Positions 1 to 7,136 of a stretch of 15,295 nt of DNA are shown one piece after another. Every line of letters starts with the position of its first letter. Within the stretch, counting starts at the first letter, position 1. The notes beneath the pieces are model-generated. The model ran no database searches and was not told the DNA's origin. It saw nothing but the letters and a program-made list of their open reading frames with translations. Position numbers and translations under genes: made by a program. Source of the stretch: a virus (lineage: Duplodnaviria; Heunggongvirae; Uroviricota; Caudoviricetes); IMG/VR virus record IMGVR_UViG_2778261085_000006, positions 1-15,295 of that record; one strand, 5' to 3'.

Positions 1-30
1 TGTTTCGGTCATATCCTGCTGTTTTAGCAT
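1..30 (-). CDS. 5' end of a minus-strand CDS continuing beyond the window start (begins MLKQQDMTET); product unknown, possibly first late/lysis-region gene
   Basis: ATG at 30..28 (minus) preceded by AAGGGA-like SD; open frame runs off the window edge; sits downstream of the terminator at 151..176. Confidence 0.3.
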   Translation of the reverse strand, partial: MLKQQDMTET

Positions 31-150
31 GTCTTTTTCCCTTTTCTGGTTAACGTGACATACCAATAACTCTTGTCTGAAAAGCCAGCAAGCTGAAAGA
101 CCAGTATTCGCAACCACCAGCGCGTTTAACGTACTGCACCACTTTTCGGG

Positions 151-176
151 CACAAAAAACCCGCTCAATAGCGGGC
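151..176 (-). terminator. Rho-independent terminator closing the two-gene cassette; near-duplicate of the tR'-like terminator at 1066..1093
   Basis: Minus strand reads CCCGCT-attg-AGCGGG followed by TTTTTTGTG; located immediately after the stop of the 177..707 CDS. Confidence 0.7.
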
Positions 177-707
177 TTATTCTTCTTCATTGGTATTAGG
201 CGTCGGCATTTGTCGTGACAGACCAGATGCTCTGCCCATTATGAAAACGGATGCCAATCCTATCAGATCAACAGTAATCAGCGTTCCAGCAAAAACAGTA
301 TTACCTCTCCAGGCAAAGACGGTTGCTATCAGCAAAATTAAAAGCGTTATCGAGTAAGCCATCCATTGACCACGCCTGTCTTTTTTTATTGTTCCCGTGA
401 CCGTTGTTTTCTGCATTTCATGACGATGAGCCTGCTCTTTCTCACTTCTTGCCATTATCCGCTCAGCAGCACCTTCAACTATATCATCGTATTCACGTAG
501 CATTGATGGTGGAGGAAGCGGACCACGGAAATAGGTTTGACTTACTATGGCTCTAAATTGAGGTCGCTCGAGGAGCCGTTCAAGAACATTTGGATTTTCA
601 ACCAGCTCCCCTTCTATCTCTTTAGCCAGCTGTTCTGAACTCTTACATGAATCGTTATCGTGCAGTGGCAAGCTGGCGTTTAAGTTTTCTTGCTCTGAGT
701 CTTGCAT
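177..707 (-). CDS. DUF2335-like membrane protein (soluble N-terminal domain, two predicted C-terminal TM helices)
   Basis: 176-aa ORF; GAGG SD 4 nt before ATG at 707; hydrophobic stretches WMAYSITLLILLIATVFAW and TVFAGTLITVDLIGLASVFIMG; motif FRGPLPPPSMLREYDDIV...EKEQAHRHEMQK resembles the DUF2335 family from memory. Confidence 0.75.
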   Translation of the reverse strand: MQDSEQENLNASLPLHDNDSCKSSEQLAKEIEGELVENPNVLERLLERPQFRAIVSQTYFRGPLPPPSMLREYDDIVEGAAERIMARSEKEQAHRHEMQKTTVTGTIKKDRRGQWMAYSITLLILLIATVFAWRGNTVFAGTLITVDLIGLASVFIMGRASGLSRQMPTPNTNEEE

Positions 708-870
708 ATGGCCTCATACTTGTCCGTAAGTCATCGCCTACAGCCTGGAAATCCGAACGTAAAGCATCAGCGTCAGATTTATGAACAACCAGTGCTGTAT
801 AATCAGTAGCAGGTATCAGGTCTATGATGCTACCTGCGGCGCGCATGATTCTGCGAGTTGAGCGCAACAT
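655..870 (-). CDS. Hypothetical 71-aa protein with Arg-rich C-terminal tail; overlaps the start of the DUF2335-like gene by 53 nt in another frame
   Basis: ATG at 870 preceded by AGGAGGT SD with 5-nt spacer; 216-nt ORF; first gene after the tR'-like terminator. Confidence 0.6.
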   Translation of the reverse strand: MLRSTRRIMRAAGSIIDLIPATDYTALVVHKSDADALRSDFQAVGDDLRTSMRPYARLRARKLKRQLATAR

Positions 871-1065
871 ACCGTACCTCCTTACATAGTTAACATCTTA
901 TAGATCACCTTTGGGGTAATCTTAGAATGAGCCATGCAAGCTGTACAGAATTATTTTATAGCGCACGACTTTCAAATTGGCGCACATAAAAGCAATTCCC
1001 CGTAAAAACACAGCAAACGAAGAAAGCAAACTATGCTGGAATCAACTATGGACTTCACTGTTTTT

Positions 1066-1093
1066 CCGGCACAAAAACCCGCTCGTCGGCGGG
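1066..1093 (-). terminator. tR'-like Rho-independent terminator downstream of the late promoter
   Basis: Minus strand reads CCCGCC-gacga-GCGGG followed by TTTTTGTG; about 40 nt downstream of the AACGAT pause element. Confidence 0.65.
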
Positions 1094-1130
1094 TTGTAAA
1101 AATTATTTTAACGTCAGGCATAATACGCCC

Positions 1131-1170
1131 ATCGTTGTGGAAAATTTACCACAGATTCGGGAAAAATCAA
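1131..1170 (-). promoter_or_regulatory. Lambda-like late promoter pR' with qut/pause element (-35 TTGATT, -10 TAAATT, then AACGAT)
   Basis: Minus strand reads TTGATT-16nt-TAAATT-ttccac-AACGAT-GGG, matching the lambda pR' arrangement as recalled (TAAATT -10, 6 nt, AACGAT pause element); lies directly after the Q stop. Confidence 0.6.
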
Positions 1171-1175
1171 CAACA

Positions 1176-1997
1176 CTATCGCGTTACCTTCTTTAACTGC
1201 CACTCCGCCCATGCCTCTTCAATGTCAAACCGAACCACCAACGTATCGTAAAAGCGCTTCACTGATTTTTTCCACGTATCAAGTGTAATAGCACTCGTCA
1301 CTTTGCATATGGCATTAAATGCCTCCGTTGATGGCAGTCGTTCATAACCACGACCGCCACAACGTTGGCAGTCCCTGATAACAGGCATCCCCCGTTTTTC
1401 CGACTCTTCACGATAAATGGCAACACCACGCCCACGGCAATCTTTACAGGCAGTGGAAATCTCCCCCTTCCCTTTACATTCAGGACAGGAAACTTTCACC
1501 ACCTCCCGGATTTTTTTCCATTCTTCCCAGTAAGACGGATACACACCTTTCGTACACTTTGCCCATACTGGCGGCTTGCCATCCGGATACTGAACCTTGC
1601 TTGTAAAAACTTCGCTTTCAATAAATTTTTCCCCATGGCAACAGGGGCACTGCTTTTTACTCGCAGCACTACGGGCATAATCCTCAAAAGCATACGAAGC
1701 CATAATGCGCATCACTGCCGGTTTTATTTCTGCCGGAAGTTTTCTTAACGCCGCCACACTATCGCACTGACTTAATGCATAATCTGCCAGTAATTCTGTT
1801 GCCCGCACTCTGTCATTCATACTGATGCCCATTTTCCCCAGGAACGCAGAAAATCCCATCTCAGCCCGGTTCTGTGTCATGCCCTGTGCAGCCATCACAT
1901 CAGTGATACTCAGTGCATCTTTTGATGTCGAGGCGGATGCATCAGTCAGGCCTGGCGATTTCGGGGAATAGTATTTCGGTAAATCTTCCAGCTTCAT
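1176..1997 (-). CDS. Late-gene antitermination protein Q (zinc-ribbon rich Q family)
   Basis: 273-aa ORF with several CxxC pairs (CPCCHG, CPECKGKG, CKDCRGRG, CQRCGGRG); ATGA start/stop overlap with upstream rusA; followed by pR'/qut/tR' module. Confidence 0.8.
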   Translation of the reverse strand: MKLEDLPKYYSPKSPGLTDASASTSKDALSITDVMAAQGMTQNRAEMGFSAFLGKMGISMNDRVRATELLADYALSQCDSVAALRKLPAEIKPAVMRIMASYAFEDYARSAASKKQCPCCHGEKFIESEVFTSKVQYPDGKPPVWAKCTKGVYPSYWEEWKKIREVVKVSCPECKGKGEISTACKDCRGRGVAIYREESEKRGMPVIRDCQRCGGRGYERLPSTEAFNAICKVTSAITLDTWKKSVKRFYDTLVVRFDIEEAWAEWQLKKVTR

Positions 1998-2368
1998 TTT
2001 TTGACCTGCCCGTCATGCATTATTTCGTAAATCTTCACGCCCAACCGACCACCTGGGACAAGCTGACCGCGCACAATATTGATTTCATCAAACTGCTCGT
2101 CGTCGATAAGCAACCCCGCATGCGTCAACGCATCCAGCGGTGCTTTCAGGATATTGTCCAGGTCACGACGGCGTTTATCCGGCGGCTCTGCGATAACCGT
2201 TATCGCCAGCCTTCCGGACAGGTTTAATTTCAGCCGCTGCTGGCGAACGATAAGCGCCACATCACAGCGATAACGCTTACCGGCTTCAGATATAAAATAT
2301 GTGCTGCCACGACGTCGCCAGTAAGTGTTCACCGTCGGCGGGTAAGGCAAAACAAATTCTATCCCCAT
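1994..2368 (-). CDS. rusA: Crossover junction endodeoxyribonuclease RusA (Holliday junction resolvase)
   Basis: 124 aa; motifs LPYPPTVNTYWRRRG, PDKRRRDLDNILKAPLDALTHAGLLIDDEQF, PGGRLGVKIYEI align with E. coli RusA as recalled; AGAGG SD 7 nt upstream of ATG. Confidence 0.9.
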   Translation of the reverse strand: MGIEFVLPYPPTVNTYWRRRGSTYFISEAGKRYRCDVALIVRQQRLKLNLSGRLAITVIAEPPDKRRRDLDNILKAPLDALTHAGLLIDDEQFDEINIVRGQLVPGGRLGVKIYEIMHDGQVKK

Positions 2369-2380
2369 CAGTAACCTCTT

Positions 2381-3430
2381 TTATCCGAGTACGCCAGTTG
2401 CAAAGGCGTGATCAAGAAAACGAAAAATTAAATCAACCTGAGAACCATGCTTTTCTTCGAACGCCTGCGGATCTGCATGAAGTTCATTGTGATGTTCCCG
2501 GCACAGCGGCAACGTAAAAATATCGTGAGCTTTTGTCCCCATTCCGCCCTGACCGTGACCAATCAGGTGATGGGGATCGTCTGCTGGCTTACCACAACAC
2601 GTACACGGCTGTTTCTTTACCCAGCGCGTGTATTTCTCATTCACCCAGCGGCGACGTTTAGGCCGCTTCATGAATGATTCCGGTGACTCCGGATCAACGG
2701 CAATGCTGACCACCGTCTTTTCCTGTGGTGCGTTCTGTTGCTGGTGGGCGTGAGGCAACGGCGCAAAATTTTTTGTGCGCTGCTTCAGTATGCTGGTGGC
2801 GGTCCGCTCTCCCTGTACGATGTCGCTTTCGCGGTACACCGAGCGGATTTTTTCCGCACGCAACCCCAGAGAACGACGTAATACTGACTCCGGTAGCGCG
2901 TCCGCTACCTGATTGCAGACCGCCCACCAGGATAATTCAGCCAGCGACAATTCCCGCTCCTGCGTGCCATTCATTGCGTGACGGATGACGTCAATCATCC
3001 ATGCTGACAGGTTTTGATGAGCAAGCTGCCCGAGTGATTCGGAAGTCTGGTCACGCAGCTGGTTGTCGCAGTGCCAGCACAACACCATCGCGCCGGTACC
3101 GTAACGATGTATGACGGTTTCACTGTGGTGATAGTCACCATGAGGCCACTGGCAGGATTTAACGTGGCGCAACAGCCAGTCAGAGAGTGCGCCAGCACCA
3201 CCAGCGGCACGAATCACACGCTCATCGCTGAAAAATGGCAGTAATGATTTATCTTCCGCCAGCGGCTGGCGAACGGCAGGAACAACTCCGGACGGCAAAC
3301 ATCGCATGCTTTTCGGTTCCGGTTCCACCAGCACTCGAGGGTTATGAAATACCTGCATGGATTCACGGCCCGGCTTAAGGACCACCAGCCCAAGTTCCGG
3401 TACCGGAACAGGTCGAAGTAATACCCGCAC
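2381..3430 (-). CDS. DUF968 (YdfU-like) prophage protein with C-terminal HNH-like nuclease motif
   Basis: 349-aa ORF, GTG start 1 nt after the stop of the upstream ORF with GGAGGT SD; C-terminal CTCCGK...DPHHLIGHG...LPLCREHHNELH resembles an HNH/zinc-finger nuclease signature; same position as ydfU in Qin. Confidence 0.8.
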   Translation of the reverse strand: MRVLLRPVPVPELGLVVLKPGRESMQVFHNPRVLVEPEPKSMRCLPSGVVPAVRQPLAEDKSLLPFFSDERVIRAAGGAGALSDWLLRHVKSCQWPHGDYHHSETVIHRYGTGAMVLCWHCDNQLRDQTSESLGQLAHQNLSAWMIDVIRHAMNGTQERELSLAELSWWAVCNQVADALPESVLRRSLGLRAEKIRSVYRESDIVQGERTATSILKQRTKNFAPLPHAHQQQNAPQEKTVVSIAVDPESPESFMKRPKRRRWVNEKYTRWVKKQPCTCCGKPADDPHHLIGHGQGGMGTKAHDIFTLPLCREHHNELHADPQAFEEKHGSQVDLIFRFLDHAFATGVLG

Positions 3431-3431
3431 G

Positions 3432-3704
3432 TTACCTCCAGATGCGTTGCTGGAATGTGCGGGATGAACGCGGTGGGCGTTCAGAATAAGGGAGCCTGAC
3501 TGAAATTATCCAGTGTCGGAAGTCAGGACTGAGGTCTTTCTGAAACTCATACCCACGTCTGCGGTAGTTCTGAATCAGCCATTCGGCCTGTTCTTCAGTG
3601 CATGGATCATGCTGGAACCAGTCGGTTTTAAATGCGCGTGAACGCCGCCATTGCCTGCTGGCAGGGGCGGTATCAGAATTGTTAAGTTTTGTGTAATGCA
3701 CCAC
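3432..3704 (-). CDS. Hypothetical 90-aa protein, tightly coupled to the DUF968 gene
   Basis: GTG start with GGGGA SD about 8 nt upstream; stop 1 nt before the DUF968 GTG; no recognised family. Confidence 0.45.
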   Translation of the reverse strand: MVHYTKLNNSDTAPASRQWRRSRAFKTDWFQHDPCTEEQAEWLIQNYRRRGYEFQKDLSPDFRHWIISVRLPYSERPPRSSRTFQQRIWR

Positions 3705-3764
3705 TACTATCCCCGTAATGGTGCGACAGATGTCAGTTGTTCAGGCTGACTTAACCAGTATAAT

Positions 3765-3959
3765 TTAGTCTTCTTTAATACAGAAGTGGCTAACAGAATC
3801 CATGTGCGCTTCTTTACTGATCAAAATGGCATCAGGTGGTAGTGGTATTACAACAAAGTCGCCATTCTCAAAAGTTATCACTTCATAACTACCAGGAACA
3901 GAAAGCGTGGCAATTAATTCCTTATCGTTCATAACCAAAATCCCATGAACTTTAAACAC
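3765..3959 (-). CDS. Hypothetical small protein (about 55 aa if started at ATG 3932, 64 aa from GTG 3959)
   Basis: AT-rich small ORF between the hok terminator and the 90-aa ORF; start site ambiguous and SD weak. Confidence 0.3.
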   Translation of the reverse strand: MFKVHGILVMNDKELIATLSVPGSYEVITFENGDFVVIPLPPDAILISKEAHMDSVSHFCIKED

Positions 3960-4091
3960 ATCCCCTTAAGGGGGCCATCCCTCTTCTCCCTGCGCGCTAA
4001 CTAAGTAATATGATTCTATTTACCCCAAACGGCCCCTCAAGAACCGCACCCAATGGAGTACACAAAAAGCTAATCAACTACGCCGCACAAT

Positions 4092-4112
4092 AAAAAAACC
4101 CGCCGAAGCGGG
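4092..4112 (-). terminator. Rho-independent terminator downstream of hok
   Basis: Plus strand AAAAAAA-CCCGC-cgaa-GCGGG, i.e. on the minus strand a 5-bp GC stem followed by a U7 run. Confidence 0.7.
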
Positions 4113-4186
4113 TTAAGTGCGGGTGCGTTGAGGATGCCTGACACATCATAGGTGGCGGGGGATAAAAATCCCCCGCCAGGTCACCC

Positions 4187-4342
4187 TTACTCCTCAGATT
4201 CGTAAGCTGTGAAGACAGTGACCTCCGTCTGGCCGGTTCGGATTCGTACCTCGCAGAGGTCTTTCCTCGTTACCAGTGCCGTCACTATGACGGTTAAACA
4301 GATGACGATCAGGGCGATTAACATCGCCTTTTGCTGCTTCAT
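4187..4342 (-). CDS. hokD: Hok/Gef-family type I toxin (HokD/RelF-like small membrane toxin)
   Basis: 51 aa MKQQKAMLIALIVICLTVIVTALVTRKDLCEVRIRTGQTEVTVFTAYESEE, near-identical to HokD/RelF as recalled; AAGGAG SD 9 nt upstream; perfect 9-bp hairpin 10 nt after the stop. Confidence 0.9.
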   Translation of the reverse strand: MKQQKAMLIALIVICLTVIVTALVTRKDLCEVRIRTGQTEVTVFTAYESEE

Positions 4343-4680
4343 AGCCAGCTTCTCCTTGCCTTTCGGCACGTAAGAGGCTAACCTACATGTGTAAAGCATG
4401 AAATTGGCCTCAGATTAATGTTAAGCGTCTTGCCGGACGCGTAATGTTAACTGGGGCTTTTCTCTGTCTGCCTTACAGTGGCATGCCCGAGGCAGACAGC
4501 CTCAAGCACCCGCAACAATCTTACCGACACCGATAAGAAAACGCTATTTTTTATTGCCAGAACCTTCTGCCCAGGCTAATGTATCCGCGTCAGAACGGCG
4601 CAATGCGCTCGCCTGAGATACGTTTACTTGTCATTGGTGGCAACAGATAACGGCAATTGTTATTTCTGTTTGTTTCCTTC

Positions 4681-4714
4681 AAAAACCCCGGACCGTCAAT
4701 CCGGGGTTTTTGTT
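4681..4714. terminator. Bidirectional Rho-independent terminator separating the DUF4406 gene from the hok locus
   Basis: AAAAA-CCCCGGA-ccgtcaa-TCCGGGG-TTTTTGTTT: 7-bp stem flanked by an A-run and a T-run. Confidence 0.7.
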
Positions 4715-4993
4715 TGCTATCCCCAGCGGCAAATCGAATACACCACCACCGCCATTGCAATTCCTGCCGTTGTGAATGCTTCAGGCCAAGTCATCGCAAA
4801 ACATCCTTCACACTTACCAGCCCGTTCTGTTTCAGATACGCCATCGCCTGTTAAGCCTCACTCGCCAGTATTTATGTTCACACGATCAGGGATAAATATG
4901 CCTTTACTCTTAAATGTCGGATTTCAATATTCGAGATTTCTTGCCAACGCCGCGCACGGTTCTATCTTATTACCATTAATTTGGCACTTTGAC

Positions 4994-5293
4994 TCACTCA
5001 CTGTTATCCTCCTGGAAAATAACCGCATGCCCCAGCTTCTCCGCCAGTGCCAGTTCTGCCTTAGCACCTGCTGACCGCTGCCAGCCTTTCAGCATGTAAA
5101 TCGCATCCACGCAGCGTATCATCGCCATGCAAATATCCATGTAGTGTGGCTGTGTCAGCCCATCCGGAAGTACTGCCGGGTTTAAGACTGTATGCCCTTC
5201 ACGTTTCAGTTCCTCTTCCGCCTTGTGAAACGCCTCACGGTTGAAATTTTTATATCCCGTCATTGGGCCGGCAATATAAACTCTCACCCTCAC
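4994..5293 (-). CDS. DUF4406 (nucleoside 2-deoxyribosyltransferase-like) prophage protein
   Basis: N-terminal VYIAGPMTG motif typical of DUF4406; GTG start at 5293 or 5287 (GGAG SD before 5287); 4-nt overlap with upstream gene. Confidence 0.75.
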   Translation of the reverse strand: MRVRVYIAGPMTGYKNFNREAFHKAEEELKREGHTVLNPAVLPDGLTQPHYMDICMAMIRCVDAIYMLKGWQRSAGAKAELALAEKLGHAVIFQEDNSE

Positions 5294-5544
5294 TCCTGAA
5301 CTCTCCTGTCGAAATAAACGTAGTTATTCACTGTGCGCAACGGCATTCCAAATTTTATGGCGATTTCTCTCCTGGAGACGCCACGCTGATGCAGTTTTCG
5401 CGCCAGCTCAATATCGCTCTGAAGATATTTTGCTGACTGGTGAAAATCACCACGCAGAATCAGACTTATTCCCATCTCCCGGGCTTTCGTCCTGACCGCC
5501 GCCTCACTACGACCAATCAGACTGCCGATGCTTTTTACCTTCAT
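5290..5544 (-). CDS. Small HTH DNA-binding protein (84 aa)
   Basis: ATG at 5544 inside a longer GTG-initiated frame; C-terminal RGVSRREIAIKFGMPLRTVNNYV looks like a helix-turn-helix; SD weak. Confidence 0.55.
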   Translation of the reverse strand: MKVKSIGSLIGRSEAAVRTKAREMGISLILRGDFHQSAKYLQSDIELARKLHQRGVSRREIAIKFGMPLRTVNNYVYFDRRVQE

Positions 5545-5600
5545 TGTTCCCGCGCACTGCCGAAGAATAAGGATTTCAGCCCGCACCCAGCCACGCCATC

Positions 5601-6362
5601 TCACTTCACATCCTCTCCGGAACAATTCATCTGCCGTATAATATCCCGGTGCTTGTTCAGCTCCTGCAGCGCGGCGCAGACACGTTCCCACTTCCGGATA
5701 TGACTTTTTGCCCGGCGCAGTTCACGGTTTGCCATATGTAGCGATGGCAGCATTACATAGTCGGTATGTTTTTCGGTGAACGATGGCAGTGACCGCACAA
5801 TATCCGCCACCGTTTCTGTTTTAATTTCTTCCTGTGTTGCCGCTTCCTGTACCGGTAATGCAACCCCCGCTGGCTGAGGAAAGGCTTTACCATCAGTTTC
5901 CGCTACCGATGCGGCTTTCAGTTCTGCTGGTAAATTCTCGCCTGGCATGCAGTAACGAAATTTACCGTTCTGATTAACGCGTGCCAGCCGCCCTGTTGAG
6001 GTTACTACCGCCAGCGTGGAAGCAACCTTGCGAATGCTGACACCGAACTTACCCGCCAGTTCCTCACACGTTTTAGCCCCCTCCTTGCCGATAAACTCAA
6101 TCATCATGTCAGCGGTAACTTTTTGTTCGCCCACCCCGGTTAGCACATCCGGTGCTTCAGATTGTACTGGCCGCTCTTCGGTTACCCCGGATTCACCTTC
6201 ACCAGCCAGAAACCAGGTATGACCTGTTTTATCAACGACGCCATTTCTTTTGAGTTCCCACAGCTCGTTCAGCACTTCTTCACGACTGATATCAAGTCGC
6301 GCGGCCAGTTCCACCGACGTGGCTTTTCCCATTGCGTTCAGTGCGTCAAAAACAGTCTCCAT
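5601..6362 (-). CDS. Prophage protein with N-terminal winged-helix-like domain (DUF1627-like)
   Basis: ATG at 6362 with GGGAGG SD 8 nt upstream; [43 protein letters not shown] resembles DUF1627 from memory. Confidence 0.6.
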   Translation of the reverse strand: METVFDALNAMGKATSVELAARLDISREEVLNELWELKRNGVVDKTGHTWFLAGEGESGVTEERPVQSEAPDVLTGVGEQKVTADMMIEFIGKEGAKTCEELAGKFGVSIRKVASTLAVVTSTGRLARVNQNGKFRYCMPGENLPAELKAASVAETDGKAFPQPAGVALPVQEAATQEEIKTETVADIVRSLPSFTEKHTDYVMLPSLHMANRELRRAKSHIRKWERVCAALQELNKHRDIIRQMNCSGEDVK

Positions 6363-6384
6363 TAAAATTTCCTCCCGGTAAAAA

Positions 6385-7130
6385 TTACTTCTCAATTCCT
6401 GGCTGGATGACATTCGTGCGCCAGCTCTCCCAGTTAAAATTCACCCAGCGACCACCGTTCATGGTCATGCGGTCCATTACGCGCTCGCCAAGCAGCGTAT
6501 TCATCGCCGTATGGTTCAGGTTCGTCAGCATCCCGACGCTGTGCATCGAGGCCGTTCTGCGATCGACTATCTGGTTCAGAGTGACCTGTTCGTTACGCGT
6601 ATCCCGCTGCATACCGATTTCATCCAGGATAAGCAGGTCAACCTCACACAACCCCTGCAAAAATTTTTGCCCGAGTTTTTGTTGTCGTAGTTGCCGTGTA
6701 ACGCCAGCATCACATCCGCCACCGTCACCACAATCATGCTGCGACCTTTCGCCAGAAGATGGTTGCCGATGGCTGCCGCCAGGTGATTTTTTCCGGTACC
6801 CGGCTTACCGCTGAACACAAAATTTGTGCACCAGGTCATCAGCTCGTCCGCAATGGACTTCGCCTGGCTGAGTGCATGACGCTGTCCGTCGATCTGCACC
6901 AGGTAATTCGCAAACGAACATTTCTGGTGCAACGGCTGGATACCGGAACGATTCAGGAATTTTTCCACCCGTAACTGGAGATTCTGGCGGTTAATTTCCT
7001 CACTACGCTTTCGCCCTTCCGCAAGCTGCCACCCCCGCCACTCGTCCACTGTCCGGTACGGCGCGGTTACATGCTGCGGGGCCAGCTTACGGATACGCTC
7101 AAGAACACCACCTGCCGCAATATTTTTCAT
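6385..7130 (-). pseudogene. DnaC-like replicative helicase loader, disrupted by a single-base frameshift in an A5T5 homopolymer near 6659..6668
   Basis: ORF 6576..7130 carries DnaC N-terminus and Walker A (FSGKPGTGKNHLAAAIG) but ends in nonsense; overlapping ORF 6385..6660 in another frame carries the DnaC C-terminus (DLLILDEIG...NQIVDRR...LGERVMDRM); frames join across GGCAAAAATTTTTGCAG. Confidence 0.8.
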
Positions 7131-7136
7131 AACCCG

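Noticed and set aside
871-1060. Possible tRNA gene downstream of Q, as often found in lambdoid prophages
   Set aside because: No T-loop-like GTTCGAATC motif or cloverleaf-compatible inverted repeats seen by eye in this interval or elsewhere in the window
1033-1251. Plus-strand 72-aa ORF across the Q 3' end and the late-promoter region
   Set aside because: Overlaps the Q CDS and the pR'/tR' module on the opposite strand; no SD; composition not protein-like
1365-1748. Plus-strand 127-aa ORF and minus-strand 65-aa ORF (1496..1693) inside the Q gene
   Set aside because: Fully embedded in the well-supported Q CDS; typical alternative-frame artefacts
2447-3210. Several 70-90-aa ORFs on both strands inside the DUF968 gene
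   Set aside because: Nested within a 349-aa CDS with a clear C-terminal nuclease-like motif; no independent start signals
4187-4399. Treating the 70-aa ORF as an N-terminally extended Hok
   Set aside because: The conserved Hok sequence begins at the internal ATG (4342), which has its own AAGGAG SD; the upstream extension is more plausibly a mok-like or leader frame
4628-5074. Plus-strand 148-aa ORF (and nested 65-aa ORF at 4657..4854)
   Set aside because: Reads straight through the bidirectional terminator hairpin at 4681..4714 and overlaps the DUF4406 gene in antisense; Cys/Pro-rich composition
6016-6365. Plus-strand ORFs of 67-68 aa inside the DUF1627-like gene
   Set aside because: Antisense to a well-supported CDS; no SD
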